Assembly: GCA_028692955.1 (NCBI GenBank)
Contig: JAQUWH010000001.1
Coordinates: 130,143-194,142, forward strand
Length of the DNA: 64,000 nt
Direction of reading: 5' to 3'
From: Clostridia bacterium
GTDB lineage: Bacteria; Bacillota; Clostridia; TANB77; CAG-465
Shown here: in pieces, positions 10,152 to 20,164 of the stretch
Layout: each line of letters starts with the position of its first letter
Numbering within the stretch: position 1 is the stretch's first letter
Translations under genes and position numbers: made by a program
Notes under the pieces: model-generated
Told to the model about the DNA's origin: nothing
The model's database searches: none
What the model saw: only the letters and a program-made list of their open reading frames with translations

Positions 10152-10805
10152 ATGATTATTGATATCATTTTAATTGCGTTAATTGCATTAGGAATATTCT
10201 TTGGATATAAAAAAGGTATGGTTGGTATTTTAATAGGTGTGGCAGCTTTAATATTGTCACTTGTATTGGCTTTTATGCTACAGGGACCAGTTGCTAACTA
10301 CTTATATACAACGCCGATAGGATCTGGCATTGAAAGTAACGTATCTAAACTAGTAAATGACACTGTGCATGCAGATGAAAATAATTCTCAAGGCACTACT
10401 ACTAAGGAAGATAATAATTTCTTTAATAAAGTGATACAAGAAGCTTCTAAAACGGATGATGTAGTAAAAGAAGCGTCAAAAAACTTTACTTTGTTTATAC
10501 TAAAAGGTATTACGTTTGTTGGTATATTTATATTGGTTAGAATTATCTGCTATATTCTACAGATGATATTAAATGTAGTATTTGATCTGCCAATTTTACA
10601 TTCTGTTAATAAACTTGGTGGTGTTGTCCTTAGTGTAATCACTACTCTAATTAAATTATGGATAGTGCTAGCTATTATACAACTATTATCATCTGTAGTT
10701 GCAATGGATAGCGTCACAAATATAATTAATCAGAGCTATGTAACAAAAATCCTATATGAAAATAACATATTAATAAACATGTTACAATCAGGAATTAAAT
10801 TATAA
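10152..10805 (+). CDS. CvpA family membrane protein
   Basis: 217 aa; N-terminus MIIDIILIALIALGIFFGYKKG and 4 TM helices typical of CvpA-like proteins. Confidence 0.6.
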   Translation: MIIDIILIALIALGIFFGYKKGMVGILIGVAALILSLVLAFMLQGPVANYLYTTPIGSGIESNVSKLVNDTVHADENNSQGTTTKEDNNFFNKVIQEASKTDDVVKEASKNFTLFILKGITFVGIFILVRIICYILQMILNVVFDLPILHSVNKLGGVVLSVITTLIKLWIVLAIIQLLSSVVAMDSVTNIINQSYVTKILYENNILINMLQSGIKL

Positions 10806-10826
10806 TAACTAGAAAGTAGGGAGAAA

Positions 10827-11786
10827 ATGAATAACGTAAAGAAGAAAAAGAGTGTTGCAAAGATAGTTAGAAGAGTCTTTATTATATTTAGTATTATTGG
10901 TATTCTTTCATGGGCAGCCTTATATGCCTTTAACTACAATATAGGTGAGGAAGAAGTAGTCAATGCAGATGGTACCGTTGTTGAAACAAAGGGTAAGAAA
11001 AAAGAAATCAATGCACTAATATGTGGTGTGAATGATGGATTGACAGATACCATGATGTATGTAAAATACAACGTAGAATCTGGTAAAATTGCTATGATGT
11101 CAATACCAAGAGATACTTATGTTACCAACGAGTATTGTATTGGCCATAAATTAAATGCTATCTATAGAGGTAAAAATATCATACCACTAGTTAATCAAAT
11201 ACAAGATTTAATTGGGGTAAAAATTGACTATTATTTAGTATTTAAAGCAGATATGTTAATTAGTATGGTAGATGCACTTGGCGGTATAGAAGTAGATGTT
11301 AAGATAAGAATGAAATATGATGACCCAACCCAAAATTTACATATTGATATTCAAAAAGGAAAACAAGTATTAGATGGTAAAAATGCAGAAGGATACGTAA
11401 GATTTAGACATAATAACGATATGACAGTTGGTTATACTATGGGTGACCTTGATAGGACAGAAGTGCAACAGGAATTCATTAAAACCTTCATTAGTACTGT
11501 GCTGCAACCAAGTAACCTTACAAAAGTCCCTGATTTGATTAACATTGCACAAGAAAATACAGAAACCAATGTTACAGTCAGAGAAGCTTTAAGGTATGTA
11601 AGTGATCTCCCTAAATTGGACACATCAAACATTGTATCTATGACTGCACCTGGTACTGCCAAATATATTGATGAAATATCTTATTTCTTATTAGATAAGG
11701 AAAAAACAAGGCAAGTTATTGAATCTGATTTCGATTTATCTGTTGTTGAAACAAATGAAGGAACTGAATCGACAGATGTAGAGTAG
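10827..11786 (+). CDS. LCP (LytR-CpsA-Psr) family protein
   Basis: 319 aa; TM anchor then DTMMYVKY, SIPRDTYV, GGIEVDV motifs. Confidence 0.85.
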   Translation: MNNVKKKKSVAKIVRRVFIIFSIIGILSWAALYAFNYNIGEEEVVNADGTVVETKGKKKEINALICGVNDGLTDTMMYVKYNVESGKIAMMSIPRDTYVTNEYCIGHKLNAIYRGKNIIPLVNQIQDLIGVKIDYYLVFKADMLISMVDALGGIEVDVKIRMKYDDPTQNLHIDIQKGKQVLDGKNAEGYVRFRHNNDMTVGYTMGDLDRTEVQQEFIKTFISTVLQPSNLTKVPDLINIAQENTETNVTVREALRYVSDLPKLDTSNIVSMTAPGTAKYIDEISYFLLDKEKTRQVIESDFDLSVVETNEGTESTDVE

Positions 11787-11872
11787 AAAGCAATTAGATT
11801 AATTAACAAACATATATGGGTATATACATTCCTATATACCCATATATCATCATTTTATTCTTTAAATTTTAT

Positions 11873-13147
11873 CTACATTTCTATGTTTTCTCTTTTTATT
11901 TTTTTGATTACTATCATACACAATAAAATGATAATTATGAAAGCAGCTAAAATAATGATTCCAGTATTGCCCGAAGAGTCATGATACTGTTCTGTTTCTA
12001 TTAATTTTAAATCAAAGCTATCTGAAAGGTAGTTTCCAGGATTATTTATGTCTGTAAAAGTAATATTTAATTTTGCTATACTATTTGTTTTATCATCGTA
12101 ATTTAAGTTTTTTAAACTATCTAGGTTTATCTCTATGTTATATTCCATGCTATAATTTGAATTAGTAACAAGGGCATAAATGTCTTCCTGTAATGCTACT
12201 TTGTACTTCATGTTATTTACTTGATTGGTTATGCTGAAAACATAATCATTTTTATTTGCTATTAATTCATTCTTAAACTTTTCAAAGGTGTCTTCAGCTA
12301 GAGTTTTTGTATCAACAAATCTTGCATTTTGTTTCTGTGAACCATTAAAAGCTCCAATAATAATTGTTTTGTTTTCTTTTTCACAAAAGGAGATAAACGT
12401 TCCTCTTGCTTCATCCGTATAACCAGTTTTGCCTCCAACCATATAGTCATAGTATAAGGATGGATAGTTTTCGTCCGACATTCTATTAGTATTCACTAAT
12501 TTATTCTCTTTTTCACTCTTGTTTGTAGGTGGAATAGTATATTCTTTCGTACAAATTATTTCTTTAAAAATCTCATTATTTAAACAATATCTAAAAATAG
12601 TAGCCATATCATGGGCAGTGGAGTAATGATTATAATCATGAAATCCATGTGGATTCACAAAATTTGTATTATTACATCCAAGTTCTTTTGCCTTTTTATT
12701 CATTAATGTTACGAAATCTTCTACATTTCCACTTACGGCTTCTGCTAGTACAATAGCTGCATCATTTCCTGAAGGGAGTAATAGTCCATATAGTAATTGC
12801 TCAACTGTAAATACTTCACCTGGCTTGATTCCCATAACAGAGCTACCGATAGGTGTGGAACTAGATGCATTATCAGATACAACGATTGCCTTGTTAATGT
12901 CCAGATTCTCAACAACTAATATAGCGGTTAATATTTTTGTGGTACTTGCAGGATATATTTTATCATCCATTGCTTTGTTATACAAAATATTACCGGAATG
13001 ATAATCCATTACAATATCTGATGTACAAAGCAAGTTTAATTTTTGTAGAGTCGTAACTGCCTGTATGTTATTCAAACAGAGTACAAAGATAGACAAGACA
13101 ATGCAAAAAATAGTAAACAATATTTTTAACTTTTTAATCGTTATCAC
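11873..13147 (-). CDS. D-alanyl-D-alanine carboxypeptidase (S11 family PBP)
   Basis: 424 aa; SxxK (ASTTK), SGN (LPSGND), KTG (GGKTGYT), N-terminal signal/TM and C-terminal TM anchor. Confidence 0.88.
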   Translation of the reverse strand: MITIKKLKILFTIFCIVLSIFVLCLNNIQAVTTLQKLNLLCTSDIVMDYHSGNILYNKAMDDKIYPASTTKILTAILVVENLDINKAIVVSDNASSSTPIGSSVMGIKPGEVFTVEQLLYGLLLPSGNDAAIVLAEAVSGNVEDFVTLMNKKAKELGCNNTNFVNPHGFHDYNHYSTAHDMATIFRYCLNNEIFKEIICTKEYTIPPTNKSEKENKLVNTNRMSDENYPSLYYDYMVGGKTGYTDEARGTFISFCEKENKTIIIGAFNGSQKQNARFVDTKTLAEDTFEKFKNELIANKNDYVFSITNQVNNMKYKVALQEDIYALVTNSNYSMEYNIEINLDSLKNLNYDDKTNSIAKLNITFTDINNPGNYLSDSFDLKLIETEQYHDSSGNTGIIILAAFIIIILLCMIVIKKIKRENIEM

Positions 13148-13210
13148 CTCATATTATTTATAATATATTATATAACAAAATAAAATAAAAAAAAAGAAGG
13201 GAGTAAGAAT

Positions 13211-13765
13211 TTGAAAAAAATAAAAGAAATCATTTCAAAATATAAACTATATATAGTGTGTATCATTGTTATCATTTTATCCATTGTATCTATTATATTG
13301 CAAAATGTAGACAGAAAGAACTTAGAAAAAGTAAATTCCAAAGAATATACAAGAAATGGACAAATAGCGGTATATATAACTGGAGCAGTGAAAAATCCAG
13401 GGGTCTATTATATTGAGGAAAATTCAAGACTCAATCACTTGCTAGACATATGTGGGGGTATCCTTGAAAATGCGGATATCAATAAACTAAATTTAGCACA
13501 AAGGCTAGTAGACTCTGACAAAATTATTGTACCAATCAAGCAAGAAGATGGTGAGGAGGAAAGCGAGGAAGAAAATGAAAAAGTCAATATCAATACCGCC
13601 CCAAAGGAAGAACTAATGACGTTAAATGGCATTGGTGAAGGAACTGCCTCAAAAATAATGGAATATAGAAAAAATCAAGAATTTCTTGAAATAGAAGATA
13701 TTATGAATATATCTGGAATCGGAGAAAATAAGTTTAATGATATCAAAGATAGTATTACAGTATAG
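13211..13765 (+). CDS. comEA: ComEA family DNA-binding protein
   Basis: 184 aa; TM anchor, SLBB-like region, C-terminal helix-hairpin-helix pair (LNGIGEGTASKI, ISGIGENKF); TTG start after GGGAG. Confidence 0.8.
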   Translation: MKKIKEIISKYKLYIVCIIVIILSIVSIILQNVDRKNLEKVNSKEYTRNGQIAVYITGAVKNPGVYYIEENSRLNHLLDICGGILENADINKLNLAQRLVDSDKIIVPIKQEDGEEESEEENEKVNINTAPKEELMTLNGIGEGTASKIMEYRKNQEFLEIEDIMNISGIGENKFNDIKDSITV

Positions 13766-13809
13766 ACTTATTTTAGTTCATTTTGCATAGTATTATGGTA
13801 GGTGGAAGT

Positions 13810-14448
13810 ATGCGATATTATATTTATTTAGATAGAGAATTTTTAAGAACACTTTTTTCTGTACTCGGAAATACTGATTTTAATATCGAAGTGGTAGAGT
13901 TTTCAATTCGAAAAAGCTTTACTAAAAATAACGCTTTCTTAATTGATCCATGTATTGAAAGCATCAATCAATGTGAGGAATTTTGTAAAGAGGATGAGGA
14001 TAAAAATCGAAATGGAAAAAAGAAAGATACGATTGGTAAAGAAAGACTAGGTGCTCGTTATGATCAAGGTAATTCCTGTAATATTCAAACAGAAAAAAGA
14101 TATTTAAATATTGAGGATATCACTAATATGAAAAATATTAATTTTTATCATACCTTATTAGAAAGTATACAAAACATGTCAAGGGCAGACGATAGTAGAA
14201 TAGTAGAAGAAACAGGCTATATTAAGTTAAATAGGAACGAGACTAGTAGATTAGAATCTAGCAACAAAACAGATGAATTCTTTATGATAAATGATACTTT
14301 CGTTTGGATTGATAACACAAAATTAAATGGTGACTTATCTCTACTTTGTGATATGTCATGTAAAATAAAAGTAATTGGCTATAGGATGAATTGCCAAGAT
14401 GCAGTAGGAAATCCTATCATAAAAGCAATCGCCATTTTTATAGAGTAA
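13810..14448 (+). CDS. hypothetical protein
   Basis: about 212 aa; start moved to ATG 13810 behind GGTGGA; no family recognised. Confidence 0.45.
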   Translation: MRYYIYLDREFLRTLFSVLGNTDFNIEVVEFSIRKSFTKNNAFLIDPCIESINQCEEFCKEDEDKNRNGKKKDTIGKERLGARYDQGNSCNIQTEKRYLNIEDITNMKNINFYHTLLESIQNMSRADDSRIVEETGYIKLNRNETSRLESSNKTDEFFMINDTFVWIDNTKLNGDLSLLCDMSCKIKVIGYRMNCQDAVGNPIIKAIAIFIE

Positions 14449-14608
14449 TCATCATAGAAAAATGATTATATATAACTTACATAAATAAACAGAAAATGAA
14501 AAAACAAATAAAATAAGCTTAAAGAGAAGCATATCACTGCTTACGTTGTTATCATGATAACAATACGACTTACTTAAATCAAATTAATACAGTACATAGT
14601 ACAAATTT

Positions 14609-14646
14609 AACGCAATATGTTAAAATATAACTTAACATATTGCGTT
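14609..14646. terminator. bidirectional terminator hairpin between convergent genes
   Basis: perfect 15-bp stem aacgcaatatgttaa/ttaacatattgcgtt with 8-nt loop, T-rich 3-prime flank. Confidence 0.75.
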
Positions 14647-14663
14647 ATTTTGTTGTTGTTTTA

Positions 14664-15692
14664 CTATTTACTTGTATTATTAACGATAATATCTTTTACA
14701 TGGTCCATGTTTTGGTTGATAGTATCAATAAATTTTTCTGATAGACTGCCATCAAACTGTGTATTGGCACTTTTTTTAATTTCTTCTAGCGCTTCCTCAA
14801 TAGAGCATTCATCTTTGTATGGTCTCTTGGATACGATAGCATCAAAACTATCACATATTGATAAAATTCTTGCCAAATATTCTATAGCATCCCCCTTTAA
14901 TTTATCAGGATATCCATTACCATCGTATCTTTCATGATGGTGTTTTATAATCGGTACAATAGCGTCGAAAATGTCTGAAACAGAAAAGATATTTGCTGCG
15001 ATGACAGGATGCAATTTTATTGTATCATATTCGTCATCTGTTAATTTACCATTTTTGAGTAATACACTATCTGGAATTCCTATTTTTCCAACATCATGGA
15101 AAGAGGCAGCTGTCAGTAAATTTTCAGTATCACTACTAGATAATCCTAAACTTTTTGCAAACAATTCACAATATGCTTTTACTCTTTTAGAATGTTCACC
15201 CGTATAGTGATCCTTGGCTGTAATCGTATTTAGTAGTATTTGTGCAAAATCAAATAAATATTGGTCTAATTTTAAATTCATTGATTTTACTTTTCGTATT
15301 TGCTCAATATATTTAATTCCAGATTGTATCATAATAATTAATTGGTCAAATCTAGAACTCTTTTCAAAATAGGCTTGTATGTCAAGATTTTGCATGGTTT
15401 CAATAGAGGGTGCTAAATCTCTATGCATAGACATTAGTATGATATAGATTTCTTTATCAAACTCCCTGACAAGTTCAACCACTCTATCACCATTGACTGG
15501 TGACATTAGGTAATTGACAATTAATAAATCGTATTTGCTAGATTTTAGCTCTTCAATTGCTGATACAGGCTCTGTAAAAGTAACAACAGTATGACCATAC
15601 CCTGTTAGTATTTCGGATATGATTTCCATCATGTTTACATCTTCATCAATGACAAGTATTTTTGCATTTTTTATTATATCGTTACTATTCAT
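14664..15692 (-). CDS. response regulator with HD-GYP domain (putative c-di-GMP phosphodiesterase)
   Basis: 342 aa; N-terminal receiver domain, C-terminal HDVGK ... HHERYDGNGYP. Confidence 0.85.
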   Translation of the reverse strand: MNSNDIIKNAKILVIDEDVNMMEIISEILTGYGHTVVTFTEPVSAIEELKSSKYDLLIVNYLMSPVNGDRVVELVREFDKEIYIILMSMHRDLAPSIETMQNLDIQAYFEKSSRFDQLIIMIQSGIKYIEQIRKVKSMNLKLDQYLFDFAQILLNTITAKDHYTGEHSKRVKAYCELFAKSLGLSSSDTENLLTAASFHDVGKIGIPDSVLLKNGKLTDDEYDTIKLHPVIAANIFSVSDIFDAIVPIIKHHHERYDGNGYPDKLKGDAIEYLARILSICDSFDAIVSKRPYKDECSIEEALEEIKKSANTQFDGSLSEKFIDTINQNMDHVKDIIVNNTSK

Positions 15693-15872
15693 TATCTATC
15701 ACCACTTGCCATTAGTATAGCAGATACGTAAAAAATAATCAATAGAAAAAAATAGTAAATTCAAAATATAAAATCAGTATTAATGATGGACAGTAAAAAG
15801 AATATGACAGAATTCTACAAGAAATAAAGTGTTTATTAAAGTCATATGTCGAGTTAAGGCGAACGATTTTTC

Positions 15873-16736
15873 TTGACTTTTTACTTTCATAATGTTATAT
15901 TGTTTTTGAAGGGAGGTGAGAATATATATGCACTGATATTAATTTTTTTCTCTGTTTTAATATCTTATCATTTTATTCATATCTATTTTGTATATAAAAA
16001 GTCTAAACTTATTTGTTCTAGGACAAATCAATTTTTTTCAAAGCACACACATTTTTTTAAAAAATACATTTTAGCTATTTCAAATAATTTGCTAAATGCT
16101 GGTTATCCATACGGATTAACACTTAAGAATTATCTCATGATAAAATACTTATTCTCTACTTTTTTGCTGATAATTACTTTTATCAATACAAGTGACGTAT
16201 TACTTTCTATTATTTTATTTGTACTCTTTTATTTCTTACCTAATCTTTTAATCAAAATGTCATTGAAGGCAGAAAGTATCAAAATAATAAATGACATATC
16301 AAATATCGTTCAAAACCTCGTACTATCACTATCTGCTAATATGCCTTTATATGACTCGTTAAAAGGAAGTACTCATTCTATACAAAACAAAAGGTTTAAA
16401 GAAGAATATGCCTTGTTTGTGGACCATTATAGAATGTATCATTTTAATATGTTAAAAGCAGTAGGAGAATTTAATCAAAAATTCTCGTTTTATGAATTAA
16501 ATATGTTTTTATCTATACTGATTCAAGGAGAACGAGAGGGAAATTTGTTAGAAATGTTAGAAAACTTTATTGATACATTAGATCTTGTATATTTCAAATA
16601 TTTAAAATATAAAGCAGGGCAAAGGTCTATGGTTATCATATTTAGTACCTTAATATCAGTTGCAAATAGTTTTATGATTGTGTTATATCCTATTGTAGTG
16701 CAAATCATGCAAAACTTTACTAATATATTTAAATAA
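15873..16736 (+). CDS. type II secretion system F-domain protein (TadB/TadC-like pilus platform)
   Basis: TM helices at both ends flank a T2SSF-like soluble domain. Start uncertain: the strong SD at 15911-15919 is followed by an ATG that is out of frame. Confidence 0.55.
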   Translation: MTFYFHNVILFLKGGENIYALILIFFSVLISYHFIHIYFVYKKSKLICSRTNQFFSKHTHFFKKYILAISNNLLNAGYPYGLTLKNYLMIKYLFSTFLLIITFINTSDVLLSIILFVLFYFLPNLLIKMSLKAESIKIINDISNIVQNLVLSLSANMPLYDSLKGSTHSIQNKRFKEEYALFVDHYRMYHFNMLKAVGEFNQKFSFYELNMFLSILIQGEREGNLLEMLENFIDTLDLVYFKYLKYKAGQRSMVIIFSTLISVANSFMIVLYPIVVQIMQNFTNIFK

Positions 16737-16746
16737 GGAGGAATAA

Positions 16747-16959
16747 ATGGAAAAAGGTAAAATTCTAAATTTTAAAAAATTAAGCAAAAAAATGAATAGA
16801 AAGAAAGGTTCAGCCGTGGCTGAGACAATATTGTTAATTGGTATTTCATTAGTTATTATCATTGTAGTATTTTTTCCACAACTAAAAAGTATGATGAATG
16901 ATGCTCTTGTTACTATATCCACTTGGTTTAAGACAACACTGAGCAATATAGGAATATAA
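16747..16959 (+). CDS. Flp-type (class III) prepilin
   Basis: 70 aa; basic leader, G/SAVAE with Glu at +5, then the hydrophobic helix TILLIGISLVIIIVVFF; SD AAGGAGG. Confidence 0.7.
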   Translation: MEKGKILNFKKLSKKMNRKKGSAVAETILLIGISLVIIIVVFFPQLKSMMNDALVTISTWFKTTLSNIGI

Positions 16960-16960
16960 C

Positions 16961-17638
16961 GTGAAAAGAAAATATGTAGTAAGCATCTTGTTCATCGCAA
17001 TTCTTGTTTATTTCTTCTTTACTTTTATATATAACAAACTAGTAATTAGTAGCCATATGGAGGAAATTCTTGTATTAGAAGAAGATTTGGTAAGGGGACA
17101 AAAAATAAATGAATCTAGTTATATTAAAACACAAGTAAGATCCGGGAGTATTGATAACAAAATGAATGAAAGTGATTTAGATAATAAAGTGTTAAATACT
17201 GATTTAAAAGCTGGGCAAATCTTAATCAAAGATCATTTGATAGATGAACAAGACTATATGATTGTGAGTAAAGGAAAAGAAGTGATTTGTATCAAGATTG
17301 AGTCAACGGATGATTTTGTTTCTTATCAAGTAGGGATAGATAGTATTGTTAATATCTATTATACAGGGAAGTCAGCGATGGCCACCGATATTCTAGATGA
17401 TACTAATTTGGAAACAATCAAAAGTAATGAAAATACAGGATATATTACTGTAAAACTATTAGAAGAAATTAAGATACTAAATATATTTGACAAATATGGC
17501 AACAAGGTAGATAGGAAAAAGAATAAAGAGAGTAATGTGGAAATTGATGCTGCTATGATAGAGGTGGAAAGGGGATTAGTAGAGAAAATTAATAATTTAA
17601 AGAATTATGGAAAATTTAGTTTGTCCATCATTAAATAG
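16961..17638 (+). CDS. CpaB/RcpC-like pilus assembly protein (SAF domain)
   Basis: 225 aa; TM anchor, SAF-like segment (LVLEEDLVRGQKI ... LKAGQILIKDHL); GTG start; adjacent to flp. Confidence 0.55.
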   Translation: MKRKYVVSILFIAILVYFFFTFIYNKLVISSHMEEILVLEEDLVRGQKINESSYIKTQVRSGSIDNKMNESDLDNKVLNTDLKAGQILIKDHLIDEQDYMIVSKGKEVICIKIESTDDFVSYQVGIDSIVNIYYTGKSAMATDILDDTNLETIKSNENTGYITVKLLEEIKILNIFDKYGNKVDRKKNKESNVEIDAAMIEVERGLVEKINNLKNYGKFSLSIIK

Positions 17639-17648
17639 GAGGTAAAAA

Positions 17649-18008
17649 ATGGTAGTAGCAACTTTATATGATGAAAATGAGGAACAAATAAAGGAGAAGG
17701 TAGAAAAATTAAAGGAATATACTGGTATATCTAATTATATGAAAGAGTATACCTTTAAATATATTCGTAAAATTAATTTGAATACAAAATATGATGTTTG
17801 TCTGATTTTTTCCAATGATATTGAAAGAATTAATAAATATATTACCAAAATAAATGACTTGAAATCTTGTATCATTATCACTGGAAATTTTAAAACAGAC
17901 CATGTATTAGCATGTATTGATATTACGGATAACTTAAGCTATCTAAATAGTACTCCAAGTATCATTTTGGATAAGGTGGTTAGCGTATATGAACAAAACA
18001 AATGTTAA
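17649..18008 (+). CDS. hypothetical cytoplasmic protein in the pilus cluster
   Basis: 119 aa; SD AGGAGG; alternating beta/alpha pattern, no motif recognised. Confidence 0.45.
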   Translation: MVVATLYDENEEQIKEKVEKLKEYTGISNYMKEYTFKYIRKINLNTKYDVCLIFSNDIERINKYITKINDLKSCIIITGNFKTDHVLACIDITDNLSYLNSTPSIILDKVVSVYEQNKC

Positions 18009-18564
18009 ATATGGTATTTTAATTGTAATGTGTATGGTATTGATGATAGGAAGCTATATGGTAAAAGAGGCATTATATGCTGGTACTAATGAGCCTAAAG
18101 TGGTTTCATTTGAGAGGTATTTGAATCGTATACAAGAAATTGAAAGTATGTATGCCAATCGATATGTTGCTGTCTTAAAAGAAGAAAAACAGATTCTTAT
18201 TGGCAATAATAAAAATGAAGTAGAAAATGGATATTATGATATTAGAATTGACGGAAGTTCTAATTATTCTCTGTATATTAATAAATTATATAAGGAAAAA
18301 TTTAATAAAGATAAATTAATAGATGAAATATATTTAGAAGAGTTACTCAATAGCGTGAATAATTTATTTGATATGAAATTAAAGGAAGAATCTATTTGTT
18401 TATTAAAAGAAAAAATATATACTAAATATGAGGCATTAAGGAAAGTGGAGAATGTGGATACAACAAGTCAAAAAGCAGAAGAGGAGATAATAACTGTGCA
18501 AAATTTTAATTTAACAGTTAATTATGTAGAAAATATGTTAAAAATTGAAATAAATGAGGTGTGA
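17989..18564 (+). CDS. hypothetical membrane-anchored protein in the pilus cluster
   Basis: 191 aa; N-terminal TM (YGILIVMCMVLMIGSYMV); overlaps the upstream gene by 20 nt. Confidence 0.45.
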   Translation: MNKTNVKYGILIVMCMVLMIGSYMVKEALYAGTNEPKVVSFERYLNRIQEIESMYANRYVAVLKEEKQILIGNNKNEVENGYYDIRIDGSSNYSLYINKLYKEKFNKDKLIDEIYLEELLNSVNNLFDMKLKEESICLLKEKIYTKYEALRKVENVDTTSQKAEEEIITVQNFNLTVNYVENMLKIEINEV

Positions 18565-18565
18565 T

Positions 18566-20164
18566 ATGAGAAAAAGGATTACTAAATATATGATGATAAT
18601 GTTCTTCTTTTTTCTTTTTAAATCAAATTGTTTTGGTATTAGCAATCATTTTAAATTTGTCATTGATACAATAGGAATACCACAATATAATGTGATGGGA
18701 GATGAAATCAATGAAGAAATCTATCAAGCATATAATGTATTTTCTTATTCTAATCCTCCAGAAATGTATGCTAGGACGTCTAGTCAAAGGTTTAAAGTGG
18801 TATGGGATAAGGGAAAATGGTGTGAAAATGGGGGAATTTACAATGGATATGGTATAAGAGGTGAGTACAACGTATTAGGTGTTAGCTATAGTGGTTCACT
18901 CATTAACAATGTATTTTTTCCTGTAGATGCTGTTCCTGAAACAACTCCTAATAATTGGAATTTTTTAATGGTTCACGATGCCTATGCATCATGGAATGAT
19001 AGAAGTAAGTACAAATATGATGAACAATTAGAATATATGAAAAAAACACCATTATTGTTTGATAGGATAGATTATCAAAATAACATATCTGATTCTTATC
19101 ATTTGGTTGAATATGGAATTACTTCAGGTTCTATCGGACTTGATAAAGTAAAATTAAATGCAGTGTCTACATGGAGGACAGGAGGTGTCGTTACCGTCAG
19201 AAGATTAAACAATAAAGGACAAGTTAGAGTAGCAACAATGTCTACAAAGCCCATGGCAGCTAGTGCCAATGTCCAGTCAAATCTAAACTGTAATGATAAA
19301 TATATCCTTCAGCAAGGAGAACCATTAGAAATTCCAGTGGTATTTGGTGCAAAAGTAACTAACCTAAACGATTATGCTAAAATAGATCATATTAAAAAAA
19401 TAGCATCAACCTTGTGGATTGATGGAGAAGAAGTAGCAAAAGTGGAAGGTAGTAAAACAGGTGATATTTCAAAAAATATATCAAAGGCACTTCAAAAAGA
19501 AAAATATGAAAAACCAGGTACTTATAACATCAATATAAAAGTATCTAGCTATCTTTACACAGAATTTTCTGTAGATGGATTAATGCAAGATACAGTAGAA
19601 AAAAATATTACCATACAAATCGATGAAAAAGAAATAGTTCCAGTAGAAAAAATAGATGTTAAAGTATTAGAAAAGGAAGACAGCCAGTATGTTGTAAGAG
19701 ATTTTATCCATAACCAATATACGTTAAATGAGTCAATAGGATTGATACAAAATGGCAAGTATTTGGGAATGAATATTAAATTTAATAAAAATTATACTAA
19801 TCAAGATAAAATAAAGGCATATATTAATGATAAAGAGTATCCGTTAGAAAAAGTAAAAGTGGGTCATGGCAGTATTGTATATAAAATAAAATTAGATCAT
19901 TGTGAAAATACATTACTAGGATGGAATGAAAGTAGAAATCAGTATGGAAATTATTTTAATATTAATTTTAATGAAATTGGTAGTAGAATCAAAAAACCAA
20001 ATTGTCTGAAAATTGTCAATTGGAATAATGAAAAGGAATATGAAAACAAACTATATTTTGATACCATTGATGATTATAAACTTAACATGAATTATATTCT
20101 AAATGAAGTGAGCAATAAAGAGGCGCTTAGTAAGACGACTAAACTTGATGATTGGTTATTATGA
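18566..20164 (+). CDS. hypothetical secreted protein (about 532 aa)
   Basis: signal-peptide-like MRKRITKYMMIMFFFFLFKSNCFG; start set to ATG 18566 after GAGGTG; no family recognised. Confidence 0.5.
   Translation: MRKRITKYMMIMFFFFLFKSNCFGISNHFKFVIDTIGIPQYNVMGDEINEEIYQAYNVFSYSNPPEMYARTSSQRFKVVWDKGKWCENGGIYNGYGIRGEYNVLGVSYSGSLINNVFFPVDAVPETTPNNWNFLMVHDAYASWNDRSKYKYDEQLEYMKKTPLLFDRIDYQNNISDSYHLVEYGITSGSIGLDKVKLNAVSTWRTGGVVTVRRLNNKGQVRVATMSTKPMAASANVQSNLNCNDKYILQQGEPLEIPVVFGAKVTNLNDYAKIDHIKKIASTLWIDGEEVAKVEGSKTGDISKNISKALQKEKYEKPGTYNINIKVSSYLYTEFSVDGLMQDTVEKNITIQIDEKEIVPVEKIDVKVLEKEDSQYVVRDFIHNQYTLNESIGLIQNGKYLGMNIKFNKNYTNQDKIKAYINDKEYPLEKVKVGHGSIVYKIKLDHCENTLLGWNESRNQYGNYFNINFNEIGSRIKKPNCLKIVNWNNEKEYENKLYFDTIDDYKLNMNYILNEVSNKEALSKTTKLDDWLL

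Noticed and set aside
14617..15207. Plus-strand ORFs 14617-14937 and 14971-15207
   Set aside because: Both are antisense to the well-supported HD-GYP response regulator. The first begins inside the terminator hairpin.
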